Positions 31,409 through 40,919 of a DNA stretch of 64,000 bases are shown here, piece after piece. Source of the DNA: a virus; the IMG/VR virus record IMGVR_UViG_3300044511_000233, positions 1 to 64,000 of that record. One strand, given 5' to 3'. The stretch's first letter is position 1. Each line of letters begins with the position of its first letter. The position numbers and the translations under genes were made by a program. The notes beneath the pieces are model-generated. The model did no database searches. It had not been told where the DNA came from and was given only the letters and a program-made list of their open reading frames with translations.

Positions 31409-31788
31409 TGGAATACCGTAAAGGTGACGTGCTTCTCGTGCGGGTAGTGGCTACGTATGATCACGACGGTCTCAAGTCGGACATCATGGCTCACCCTCCG
31501 GGTGAGGAGTGGAACTCACGAGCTGTCAAGCTCGCGAACATCGTCGGCGTCGAGCGATTGAAGTTCGAACCGGGCGAGACTGCGGTCTATGACAACGAAC
31601 CCTGCGTCGTCAGGTTCGTTGACGCTGAGACGAACAAAGCATGGATCTCGTCAAAAGCTCTTGCAGTTGATGATCTTGTGGTTCCGGTTTCGACGTTGAC
31701 CCGGCCGGCGCCGGGTGAAAAGGAGCCGAACACCCCTTCAGCAGTTTACGAAGAGGTCTTCTGACCTCTCAACGTCACTCACAGTAAG

Positions 31789-31817
31789 AGCCCGTCTCTC
31801 ACAGAGACGGGCTTTTT
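31789..31817 (+). terminator. Terminator AGCCCGTCTCT-CAC-AGAGACGGGCT followed by TTTT
   Basis: 11-bp stem containing the recurring palindrome. Confidence 0.85.
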
Positions 31818-31840
31818 CATTTTCATCTCGAGGCCGCATC

Positions 31841-32158
31841 ATGGCTACTGTCAAGGAACTGAACGACGCATTTCGCACAAGGTTCGACCGCAATCTTGGA
31901 CGGGTTGTGTTGACACGGGGTGTTTCCGCGTGGGGGATCACACAAGAGCTATGTCGAAGAGTTCGGGGGTTTTCTGATTTTACACCGGAAAATGACCCGA
32001 ACGGCGAACACGACTTCGGAGCGTTCGAGGTAGGCAAGCAGCGTTTCTTCTGGAAGATCGACTACTACGACGAGAACATGGAATATGGCTCCAAAGATCC
32101 GTCCGATCCGTCGAAGACGATGAGGGTTCTTACGATCATGTTGGCAGAGGAGTATTGA
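31841..32158 (+). CDS. DUF3768-family protein
   Basis: LNDAFR, NDPNGEHDFG, FWKIDYYD, RVLTIMLAEEY. Confidence 0.9.
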   Translation: MATVKELNDAFRTRFDRNLGRVVLTRGVSAWGITQELCRRVRGFSDFTPENDPNGEHDFGAFEVGKQRFFWKIDYYDENMEYGSKDPSDPSKTMRVLTIMLAEEY

Positions 32159-32914
32159 TGCTGCTGATGCTTCTGATCCTGCTCTCGATCGTGCTCGAGG
32201 CAATCCTTCAGCTCGTTGTCTACGTTATTCTCCTCATCATCGGCTTCTTCGCTTTGTGGGGCATCTCGGATCTCACGGCAAGAACCTGTCGTAGCGTCTA
32301 CGACTACATCAAAAGGAAGTGCTCATGATTATCCAGAATATCGACCTTGTCGCGGCTCCTGCCGTCACGATCGCTGCGGGTCTCGTCGCCCTGATCGGCC
32401 GGCAGACGATCGTGAACGATATGCTGAACAAATTCGAGGCGAGGCGCCGCCCGGAGTTTAGGATTGTGATGCAACACATCGTCGTTCCTTACACTGGAGG
32501 TTTTGTCCAGGCGGTCCGTCCTCGTTTCACTATTCGGGAGCCAGTGTCTTATTGGACGCGACTTTGGAACGCGGTGCTTGCTCGATGATCAATGCCGTTA
32601 TCTTCGACGTCTACGGCACCCTCGCTAACACAAGCCATCTCGAACAGACATCGACGAATTGGGGTGGGCGGCACGCACAATCTACACATGATCCACAAGG
32701 ATCTAATCAGGGATTAACGTTATGTCTGTAACACATCTTGTAATCCACATGCTTTCCGCACTGATTGGCTCGCTCGTGGGGTTAGCACTAATGATGTTTA
32801 TGTATGAGAAAGGTTTCGATTGGTGTTATGACCATTGGCTTGATTTTCGTGCATGGACGAAAAAGAAGTTCTCTCGCTAATTAACCGGCTGACGCAACAT
32901 CCGTGGAGGGAGCC

Positions 32915-33373
32915 ATGGCAACTCATCAGAAGCCTAGGGTTGGATGTGCGATTATTTTGAAGGACAGCGGAGATCGGGTTCTTTTGGGGCGTCGTGCCAA
33001 AGAGCCATACTTCGGAGCGTGGGTATTGCCGGGTGGCGGCGTGGACCCATTCGAATCATATAGCGATACAGCTGTTCGCGAGGCGAAGGAGGAGCTTGGC
33101 GTCGACATCAAGGTTGAAGGACTTTTTGACGTGGTGGAGATCATCAATCCGCCATCCGAGCACCGGATTGTTATCTACGTCAACTGTCGCCAACTATCGG
33201 GCAGTATCCGGCCATCTTCCGATATTTCGGAGGCGAGATATTTCGACAAAAGTGAAGCTTGGGCCATCGTGCGTAATGGGTTGACCACGCCGACCGTGCG
33301 ATCAATATTGTGCTCCATATTTGACTTCGATGGTGGCTCGCAAAAGGCTGGGACGCTTCGGGCCGCCAGTTAG
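32915..33373 (+). CDS. NUDIX hydrolase (moron)
   Basis: Nudix box GGGVDPFESYSDTAVREAKEELG, with its own AT-rich upstream region. Confidence 0.92.
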   Translation: MATHQKPRVGCAIILKDSGDRVLLGRRAKEPYFGAWVLPGGGVDPFESYSDTAVREAKEELGVDIKVEGLFDVVEIINPPSEHRIVIYVNCRQLSGSIRPSSDISEARYFDKSEAWAIVRNGLTTPTVRSILCSIFDFDGGSQKAGTLRAAS

Positions 33374-34268
33374 AGTCCGTTTGAGAATGTCGTTCAATGA
33401 GCGATCCTTCGCAAGATGAGGCCGCCCATTGCGACGTGGATCATGGCTTTTGAGACGTCGATGCGCTTTTCATAGTCTCGCACGAGGCGCCGCCAGCGGG
33501 TCATCCAGCCGAAGGTTCGCTCGACGACCCAGCGTCGCGGCAGAACCTTGAAGCCCGGATCGGCGTCGATCCTTCGCACGATCTCTACGACGAACTCCTT
33601 GAACGCCGCCTTGTCCATGAGTTTTCTGCGATCATAGGCGCCGTCGGCGAAGAGATGTTTGACCCATGGCCAGCGCTTGCGGATGGCGTCGAGAATATGC
33701 TGCGCGCCCGCGGAGTCGGAAACATCCGCTGTCGTCAGATTGACCATGAGCAGCCGTCCGTCCGTATCCACTGCAATGTGGCGCTTGCGCCCTTTGATTT
33801 TCTTGCCGGCGTCGTAACCCCGCGCTCGCGCCGCCGGGGCTTTGACCGATTGGCTGTCGATGACGCCAGCCGAGGGGCTCGCCTCGCGGCCGGCGCGTTC
33901 CCGGTCAATCATCAGCGCCACGTCGTGGATGGTCTCGAACAGAAAGCGGCGCATGAAGCGGCGAAACCACCAGTAGACGGTTTGCCAGGGCGGGAAATCC
34001 TTGGGCAGCATACGCCAGCCACAGCCGGCGCGGGCGATGTAGCGGATGGCGTTCAAAACCTCGCGTGGGTCGACCGAGGGCCTGCGCCCTTTGCGCGCCG
34101 GCGAGGGCAGGAACGGCTCAACCCGCTCCCACTCCTCATCGGTCAAATCCGTCGGGTAACGTTTGGTTTTCTTCTCAATGGCGGCCATCTTGGCGCGATT
34201 CGCTCGGGTCCACATCCCGAGCTTGAATCACGACCCTCACTCCGTCGCAACCATTCTCAAACGGTCAC
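33373..34268 (-). mobile_element. IS5-family insertion sequence (IS1031-like), 896 bp
   Basis: 17-bp terminal IRs GAGTCCGTTTGAGAATG / GTGACCGTTTGAGAATG (2 mismatches) flanked by a TA duplication. Confidence 0.92.
33394..34215 (-). CDS. IS5 transposase
   Basis: YPTDLTDEEW, WRMLPKDFPPWQTVY, IDSQSVK, DGAY, RWVVERTFGW. Confidence 0.97.
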   Translation of the reverse strand: MWTRANRAKMAAIEKKTKRYPTDLTDEEWERVEPFLPSPARKGRRPSVDPREVLNAIRYIARAGCGWRMLPKDFPPWQTVYWWFRRFMRRFLFETIHDVALMIDRERAGREASPSAGVIDSQSVKAPAARARGYDAGKKIKGRKRHIAVDTDGRLLMVNLTTADVSDSAGAQHILDAIRKRWPWVKHLFADGAYDRRKLMDKAAFKEFVVEIVRRIDADPGFKVLPRRWVVERTFGWMTRWRRLVRDYEKRIDVSKAMIHVAMGGLILRRIAH

Positions 34269-34383
34269 TAAGATCAGAACTGTTGCTTCAACCCGCCGTG
34301 GTGTTCGACGACCGCGACCGGTCGGTTACCATGTGGCGATCGGAAGGCATTCGATGTTTGCAGGTGGCCCCGGGGAACTTTTG

Positions 34384-34950
34384 ATGAGCACACTATCAGA
34401 CTGGACCAACGTGATTGAGCAGATTTCTGCAAAGAATGAGGCTGAGCGCCGCAAGCGCGTCTATGCATTTCGAAGACAGACGGATGAGAAGGATTTTTCG
34501 AAGGAGAGCGACGAAGACCTGCTCGAGCTGTTCGTTCGTGCGACAAATGGGGTAGGTTGTTTTCATATTGACGAGCGCAATGTGTGGGAGATCGCTCACG
34601 GAAAGATTCGTGACGAGTTGATGCGGCGGCTGCGTAAGAAGATTGTCTGTGTAGTTATGGGCAACGACTATCCCGATGCCGTTTTTGAAGATCCGACCGA
34701 TGCTGAAGCTTATTGCGTTAAGGAGCGTGCGGCGAGTATCGAGCACCTGCGGCAGCAATACGGATCACAATACTTAGATACCAATTGTGCAACTTGCCAA
34801 GTTTGCGCTTCACCAAGGGTAGGGGGCACTATAATAGGGTTCCCTGCACATGGCTCGCGTAAACGAAGCATGGATAGTGTGGTAGGGAGTTATATATGGA
34901 CAAGGAGTTTCTTGAGATCCTCGCCGACGTCAGTGAGGATCTTGCAATAG
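34384..34950 (+). CDS. Hypothetical protein (C-terminus possibly read-through into an insert)
   Basis: ATG at 34384 is coupled to the pseudogene stop. Confidence 0.5.
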   Translation: MSTLSDWTNVIEQISAKNEAERRKRVYAFRRQTDEKDFSKESDEDLLELFVRATNGVGCFHIDERNVWEIAHGKIRDELMRRLRKKIVCVVMGNDYPDAVFEDPTDAEAYCVKERAASIEHLRQQYGSQYLDTNCATCQVCASPRVGGTIIGFPAHGSRKRSMDSVVGSYIWTRSFLRSSPTSVRILQ

Positions 34951-35105
34951 AAATCCTCTCGGAGTTTACGGAGGACGATTATCGACATTTACGAAAATCA
35001 TGTGACAGGCTTGGGCGGGCGGCAGACTTACTGACGCGTGAAACGTTTGACGTGCCGTTCACTGTCCTGGAGGTATTAAGGCTCTTTCGAAAGGCGGCAA
35101 ACTAA
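34896..35105 (+). CDS. Small hypothetical protein
   Basis: GGGAG RBS; TATAAT upstream at about 34829. Confidence 0.6.
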   Translation: MDKEFLEILADVSEDLAIEILSEFTEDDYRHLRKSCDRLGRAADLLTRETFDVPFTVLEVLRLFRKAAN

Positions 35106-35149
35106 GTCATTGACTCCGTCATACGCACTTGATTAGCTCATTCTGATCA

Positions 35150-35512
35150 ATGCTGATTGATTGGGTGATAGGTATGACGAGTATAAGATTAGTTAGACTG
35201 TCGAAAATATATCATAAGCTGGGGGTTAGTAGAAAGGTAGTATATTATTGGGCCAGACATGGGTTGTTGCCTGGGGCCATTAATCACAACGGGGTTTGGT
35301 TGATGAATCTCGATGTGTTTAATGACTGGGTCTCACAGCAGACTCAACCTATTGAGGTAACCCCATGCTCTTTCAACGTAAGGACAGCCCATTCTGGCAT
35401 ACGAAACTCTCGAACGGAAAGCGGGTCTCGACCGGCATCCCCTGCAGTCGATCTCTTCGAGAAAGAGCTCTGCAGGCTGCAGCAGAAAAAGAACGAGAGC
35501 TGCAAGAGCTGA
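35150..35512 (+). CDS. xis: Excisionase-like HTH (MerR/HTH_17) protein
   Basis: KLGVSRKVVYYWARHGLLPG; overlaps the 5' end of int. Confidence 0.7.
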   Translation: MLIDWVIGMTSIRLVRLSKIYHKLGVSRKVVYYWARHGLLPGAINHNGVWLMNLDVFNDWVSQQTQPIEVTPCSFNVRTAHSGIRNSRTESGSRPASPAVDLFEKELCRLQQKKNESCKS

Positions 35513-36429
35513 TACAGGCGGCTAGGAGCCTGACGCTCAAACAGGCGACTACGTTATTTCTTCGCGACTCGGCAGATACGCTCAAAGCGTCGACGCTACA
35601 CCATTACGCGAAGAAATTGGCGGTCATCATTGATGTGATGAATTCGCCGACGATCGCCGAGATCAATCTCGAGTGGTTGAAGGGGTTTGTGCGTGAACGA
35701 CGCCGGCAGACGTCGGACATCCAGATCCGGCGCGAGATCACAGCCCTGTCTTCGCTCATGGAATATGCGATTGATCGGGAATTGGAGGGGGCGCCGGAGG
35801 TGAACCCTTGCCGGCTGTTCCGGAAGAAAGGGTTGAAGAAGCCCGTCAAGAAACCGCGGTGGTTGACGGTCGCACAGGTTCGGGCGCTGCTCCATGCGGC
35901 AGCGAGGCTGCCATCGATTATCTCACGGCGGTTTTGGGTCGCTTTCATCACGCTTGTCCTCGAGACCGGCCTTCGCCATGAGGAGGCGCTTGGGCTGCTG
36001 TGGGATGAAGTCGATCTCAGCCGGCGGGTGATCTTCCTGCCGGCTGATCGTGAGAAGGCTGGCCGCGGTCGGATCGTGCCTCTCTCCGACACAGCGATGG
36101 ACACACTCTTGCACGTTCCTCGAGACCCGCGCATCAATTACGTCTTCGTTAATCCGAAGACGCGGACCCGCTATAACTCGATCGGGAAGGGATGGGTTCA
36201 ATTGCGTATTAAGGCTGGGGTTCCTCATGCGAGAATTCATGATTTGCGTCATACGTTTGCGTCCTGGACCCGTCAGTCCGGAATGTCGCGCGAGGATCGA
36301 AAAGACGTCCTCGGGCACCTTGATGACACGACCCACGGAGGATACGCCAATGCGTCAATCGAGTCTCTGGTAGAGACTGTGAACAAGCACAGCCCAAGCA
36401 CATTGCTCTCACAGGAGCAGGAGTTGTAA
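35365..36429 (+). CDS. int: Tyrosine integrase
   Basis: ETGLR, K, HDLRH, LGH and Y catalytic residues. Confidence 0.96.
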   Translation: MLFQRKDSPFWHTKLSNGKRVSTGIPCSRSLRERALQAAAEKERELQELIQAARSLTLKQATTLFLRDSADTLKASTLHHYAKKLAVIIDVMNSPTIAEINLEWLKGFVRERRRQTSDIQIRREITALSSLMEYAIDRELEGAPEVNPCRLFRKKGLKKPVKKPRWLTVAQVRALLHAAARLPSIISRRFWVAFITLVLETGLRHEEALGLLWDEVDLSRRVIFLPADREKAGRGRIVPLSDTAMDTLLHVPRDPRINYVFVNPKTRTRYNSIGKGWVQLRIKAGVPHARIHDLRHTFASWTRQSGMSREDRKDVLGHLDDTTHGGYANASIESLVETVNKHSPSTLLSQEQEL

Positions 36430-36465
36430 GGTAGCTCACCGATGAAGAGTGAGGGAATTCAAAGA

Positions 36466-36504
36466 CGGGGTATGGCGCAGTCTGGTAGCGCGGAAGTTTT
36501 GGGT
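36466..36504 (+). other. attP core: 5' half of tRNA-Pro(UGG)
   Basis: CGGGGTA TG GCGC AGTCTGGTA GCGC G GAAGT TTTGGGT: 5' acceptor strand, D arm, 5' anticodon stem and loop (TGG). The 3' half is absent. Lies 37 bp after int. Confidence 0.85.
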
Positions 36505-36631
36505 TTTTCTGAACCTGCAACTCTAACCTCCTGAAATCTCACTTCCAACCTCATCGGCATCTTGGACTTTGTGGGTCCTGTGTGGGTGTTTTGTTCCACA
36601 CAGTTCCTGCACACACGCCGCGGGCCAGTCG

Positions 36632-37081
36632 ATGTCGCTTCACTTCGATGAAATTAAACGTCTCCTCATTGAGGAGAGTCTATCTCAATCTGAGATCGTA
36701 AAACGCTACTCTCACACGCTGTCGGCATGGCAGGTAAAGCGGCTTATTCAAGAAGCGTATGAGGACGTCAAAAAGACGCGTCCTGAGTTTCAGATGCGTC
36801 GCGCCCCCAGCGGTTTCAAACCCCTGGGTGCTACGAAAACGTTGAGTCAGATGCACCTAGCTATAGGTGTTAGGCTCAACAATCATCGGCGAGTTGAGAT
36901 GGATATGCAGCCGATGGAGTATTGCTCAAAGTTTAATTTTTCCAACCATATTAGGTTGAGAAAAATGGAGACTGGGCAATACGATTTCTCCTTATCTGAG
37001 ATGCAACGGATCTCGGAAATTGTTGGCATTCCAATGGAGGAGCTGGTGACACCATTTATCAGAAACGCATATGCTTGTTGA
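36632..37081 (+). CDS. XRE-type HTH regulator (repressor candidate)
   Basis: IGVRLNNHR...LRKMETGQYDFSLSEMQRISEIVG; adjacent to attP. Confidence 0.7.
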   Translation: MSLHFDEIKRLLIEESLSQSEIVKRYSHTLSAWQVKRLIQEAYEDVKKTRPEFQMRRAPSGFKPLGATKTLSQMHLAIGVRLNNHRRVEMDMQPMEYCSKFNFSNHIRLRKMETGQYDFSLSEMQRISEIVGIPMEELVTPFIRNAYAC

Positions 37082-37838
37082 TCTTCGAGAGCTGTGGAAA
37101 GCTCTGAAGATATATTCATCTCTGACAGAAACAGATCAAAAGATGGCGGACCTTCGGGGCCGCCTTTTTATTATGTCAGACATGAAGTCGCTCCCCCCTG
37201 TCGTTCGTAAGGGGTTGAAGCTATTTATCGAGAAGGAGACTCAACGCTATGAGCGCGCCAAACGACTTGCAAACGATCGCTGAATAAATGGAACGCTTTG
37301 GCCTGCACATTGATGGGGATCTTCTGTTCCTGCATCAGCAGGATGAGGCTCGGTGTTTGACACCGGGCCTCGCCGGGCTCCCCAGCCCCTACTCGAGCCC
37401 GAAACGCGCTCGATGTCCGCACCGGATCGAGCCCAAGGCTGGGGAGGTGGGCCACGCCCCCAGTCCCTTCGACCCTGTTCCTGATGGGGGTGCCTATTGG
37501 GTAAGGGGCGACGTGCGCCGAGCGGCGCAGCTCTGTGCCCCGACGCAGGGGACCGGAGTCATTCGCCCGCTTTGGGCTTGGAGTGTCAAAGATCTGCTAT
37601 CGGAGCTCCATCTAACCAATATCGCACCGCTGATCCTCACCGCTTATGAGGGGTCGCATCTGCGCTCGATCGCGCGGCTGCTCGAGCTCCCCCGTGTTCG
37701 AACGCTCATTTTCTGTGGGGACCTGCAGCCGGCGGGGGCCGAGGCTGCGTCTATCCCTGAGATTGAGGGAGATCCCCGTGCGGCGGGCGCCGCGGTGTTG
37801 TGGGATTTCGTGCAACGCACAGTCGAAGAGGCTCGGAA

Positions 37839-38357
37839 GTGAACCGTATATCAATCGAACATCTTCGGGAACGCCTAGATTATGATCCTGAAACAGGGGT
37901 ATTGAGGTGGAAGATTTACCGCAGTCCTAAATACCCAGCAGGATCTGTCGCTAATGGGTATTTAAGAAAACGAGATAATCAGTATGTTTTTAATATAAAT
38001 GATACTACGATTCTGGGTAAGGAGTTATGTTTTGCTGTATTTTACGGTAAATGGCCGTGTAGACGTGTAATTCAAAAGGATGGCGATCCTTGTAATTTTA
38101 AGATTATAAATCTTATGGAGGAGACAGTTCGGGATTGGGAGGCGCGGCAGAGACGTCCTGTAGGTAAAAGTGGATACAGGGGGGTCACTAAACAACCTAA
38201 CGGAAAGTATCGTGTATATGTTTGCAAAGGGTCAAAACTTATTTATGGGGGTTGTTATTCGATAGCAGAGAAAGCCGCACAGGTTTATGACGAGCTTGCG
38301 ATTAAATATTTGGGGTCATCTGCTATAACTAATCGTAGTCTTGGATTGCTGAAATGA
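37839..38357 (+). CDS. Degenerate HNH-AP2 protein
   Basis: LDYDPETG, VIQKDGDPCN (His to Gln), SGYRGV...EKAAQVYD.LA AP2 domain. Confidence 0.8.
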   Translation: MNRISIEHLRERLDYDPETGVLRWKIYRSPKYPAGSVANGYLRKRDNQYVFNINDTTILGKELCFAVFYGKWPCRRVIQKDGDPCNFKIINLMEETVRDWEARQRRPVGKSGYRGVTKQPNGKYRVYVCKGSKLIYGGCYSIAEKAAQVYDELAIKYLGSSAITNRSLGLLK

Positions 38358-39730
38358 CATTTCAACTTCGACAGGATCAGATCGAGGACCTCGCTTACTT
38401 CCTGCAGAACCCCAGAGCGCTTTTTCTATCGGAACCCGGAACTGGAAAGACCCCGCCGGTGTGCGTTCTTCAGCGCCATCTTTGGAATGAGTATCAGACT
38501 GGCACTGTTTGGGTGATGCCAGACAAGCTGCTGGGGAAGAACCGGGATGAGGCGCTAAAGTTTGGCCTTTGGGATAAAGGCGATGTGATTATCGTTGAGA
38601 AAGAGGCCGATATACGCCCCCCGGCGAGGCTTTTTCTTATGACCGCCGCGCGGTTTCGGCTGTCGTGGCAGAAGCTGCCGGATTATGTCACCGCTCTTCA
38701 TATTGATGAGTATCATAAACTGTTTGGGGGGGTGACGTCAGCTCAGACTGCTGCCATGAATCAGTTTATGTGGACTCACGGCAAGTATTTTCTGCCGATG
38801 ACTGGCACGCTTTACAACGGCAAACCGGACACTTGCTATTCGGCGCTCGCGATTATCGAACCTCGCTATTACGGGAACTATGATCAATTCAAGGCATTTC
38901 ATCATGTGATCGATATGTGGACCGGGAAGGTTATCGATTACGACAACCTTGATCACCTGCGCAAACTTCTCGATCGCCACTCACGACGTCGGCTCTGGGC
39001 GGATGTTCATGGTGAGGCTGAGATCGTTATCCACAAGGAAGTGGTTGATATGGAGCCGCAACAGCGCGAGCTCTACGACACGTTGAAAGACGAGGCTATT
39101 CTAGAGTTAGAGAAATTCTTTGTCGATGGAACCCTACCTGGGGTAGCGTTTACGCGCTGTCGGCAGATTATGGAACACCCGAACTCCTTTCCGGATCTTA
39201 CCAACCCTAAACAGACGGTCGATCTTATTCCAGGAAAGCGTCCTGGGAAGCTCGACTTGATCGATCTTCACTTGGAAGATCATGCGGTCAATAAAGCCCC
39301 GTTGGTCATCTTCGCGTCACTGCTGAAGCAGCAGGACCAGCTACTTGAACTAACCAAAACCTATAACTTGAGGTTCGATATCCTCAACGGTGAGGTGAAC
39401 CATAAGGATGCCTATGCGATGAGCAAGGCATTTGAGAGAGGTGATCTCGATGGAATAATTGCGAGCCCTATCGTGGCTGATATGGGCCACAACTGGCAGT
39501 TCTCGGCAAATAAAGAGGTCTCGCACGCAATATACGCTTCGTTAGATTTCCGTGACAGTTCATTTGTGCAGTCGTATATGCGCTTCATGCGCGAGAAGCG
39601 CAGAAGTGCTCTCAGACTCACTGTTATGAAATACCGGGATTCGCTCGACTTTCGGATCGCTACTCTCATCAATAAGAAGTCTCGCGACGCTAACAAGGTT
39701 GATCCGACACGTAAAATTCTGGATTTGTAG
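38354..39730 (+). CDS. SNF2-like SF2 helicase
   Basis: EPGTGKT, DEYH, MTGT, QSYMR. Confidence 0.9.
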   Translation: MTFQLRQDQIEDLAYFLQNPRALFLSEPGTGKTPPVCVLQRHLWNEYQTGTVWVMPDKLLGKNRDEALKFGLWDKGDVIIVEKEADIRPPARLFLMTAARFRLSWQKLPDYVTALHIDEYHKLFGGVTSAQTAAMNQFMWTHGKYFLPMTGTLYNGKPDTCYSALAIIEPRYYGNYDQFKAFHHVIDMWTGKVIDYDNLDHLRKLLDRHSRRRLWADVHGEAEIVIHKEVVDMEPQQRELYDTLKDEAILELEKFFVDGTLPGVAFTRCRQIMEHPNSFPDLTNPKQTVDLIPGKRPGKLDLIDLHLEDHAVNKAPLVIFASLLKQQDQLLELTKTYNLRFDILNGEVNHKDAYAMSKAFERGDLDGIIASPIVADMGHNWQFSANKEVSHAIYASLDFRDSSFVQSYMRFMREKRRSALRLTVMKYRDSLDFRIATLINKKSRDANKVDPTRKILDL

Positions 39731-39755
39731 TCGTCTCTACTAGAGACTACTTCAA

Positions 39756-39786
39756 GAGGGCTGGGGCAACACCTCGGCCCTTTTTA
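39756..39786 (+). terminator. Intrinsic terminator
   Basis: GAGGGCTGGGG...CCTCGGCCCT followed by TTTT. The palindrome copy at 39733-39747 lies just upstream. Confidence 0.7.
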
Positions 39787-39827
39787 TATTGAATTGCGTC
39801 TACTTCTGACAAAACTGGAGACTATCA

Positions 39828-40493
39828 ATGGTTGATGCTGTGACCGCCGCGATCGAAGCCGCTCGCGCGCAAGCTGCCAATGTTCCCGCGCCCATCGTCG
39901 CTCACGCCCCTCCGGCGCCCGTCATCGTCGGCTCCGGCCGCGTGAAGTCGCTCGCCGACGCGGTCGAGACCTACGTCGAACGTCCGGACCTGTTCATCAA
40001 AGTCGATGAATACGGGATGGAGGTCGGCGAGACGAAGCTGATCGGCGAAATCGAGGGCGTCCTCAATCTCGCCGATCTGAAGTTTCCCGACGTCTGCCGT
40101 TACACGACCGCGGGTCAGCACACTTACCTGCGCACTTACGACGGCGTTCGCGAGGTTCGCACCGGCAAGGCGTGGTCTATCGCGCTGGACGAGGCGAAGC
40201 GGATCGATCCGAAGGCCGACACTTACCCGGCCGTCGAATACATGATCGTCGTGACCAAACCGATCGTGAACGGGATGAACAAGACGGCTGAGGTCGCGAT
40301 CGGCCAGCGTGTGGGCAACACGACCTCCCGCACCGGCTTCGACCCGGTGATGAAGGCTGTGAAGGAAGCGGCCAAGCTTTACGGCGTCGACGCTGTCGTG
40401 AACGTAAAGTTGATCCATGAACCGCGTAAGAAGGGCTCCAACAATTGGGGCGTCATCAAGCTCGAGGTCCTCGGCCCTGTCGTGGCTGCGTAA
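39828..40493 (+). CDS. Putative single-stranded DNA-binding protein
   Basis: Strong RBS, highly biased codons, between helicase and exonuclease/polymerase. Called from position only. Confidence 0.5.
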   Translation: MVDAVTAAIEAARAQAANVPAPIVAHAPPAPVIVGSGRVKSLADAVETYVERPDLFIKVDEYGMEVGETKLIGEIEGVLNLADLKFPDVCRYTTAGQHTYLRTYDGVREVRTGKAWSIALDEAKRIDPKADTYPAVEYMIVVTKPIVNGMNKTAEVAIGQRVGNTTSRTGFDPVMKAVKEAAKLYGVDAVVNVKLIHEPRKKGSNNWGVIKLEVLGPVVAA

Positions 40494-40498
40494 TTGAT

Positions 40499-40531
40499 GA
40501 AGGCTCTGTCCAACGGACAGAGCCTTCTTCC
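40499..40531 (+). terminator. Hairpin GAAGGCTCTGTCC-AAC-GGACAGAGCCTTC
   Basis: 13-bp perfect stem after the putative ssb. Confidence 0.7.
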
Positions 40532-40919
40532 GTTTTACGGAGCCCGTAAATGCCCGACGTTCTTTTCGCCTTTGTCTACACCTTCGCTGCTATCGGCGCC
40601 GTCCAGTCCGCTCTGTGGATCAGAGAACCCCTTCGCTGGATGTTCTTTGTCAACCGTGACGGTCGGTCGGGTCGAGCTGAGAAGCATGTGCTCGACGACT
40701 CGGAGGACTGAACATGTGGTTTCCTGTTCATATCCATATTCCCGACGCGGCTCTGCCGATCTTGCCACTCGAGGCGGCGCTCGCAATCCTGATCTGGTGG
40801 GTGATTTCGGACATTGGACTTCCGGAGCGTGAGAAGGGGAAAGAGCTGCCTTACGTGATCCTGGGCTACGTCGCGGTCTCGATCTTCATTGGAGCGGCGT
40901 CCCTCCATAGGTGGGCTCA

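Larger units (their letters stand above)
32585..34384 (+). pseudogene. Disrupted PseT-type polynucleotide 3'-phosphatase (HAD) gene
   Basis: 5' piece AVIFDVYGTLA (32585-32731) and 3' piece VFDDRDRSVTMWRSEGIRCLQVAPGNF (about 34272-34384), which resembles the T4 PNK C-terminus. Confidence 0.75.

Noticed and set aside
33655-34383. 431-aa ORF 33655..34950 as a single gene
   Set aside because: The 5' part is the antisense of the IS5 transposase; the plausible start is 34384.
36466-36540. Complete tRNA-Pro gene
   Set aside because: The 3' anticodon strand (ACTTC), T arm and acceptor 3' strand are missing; it is only a fragment.
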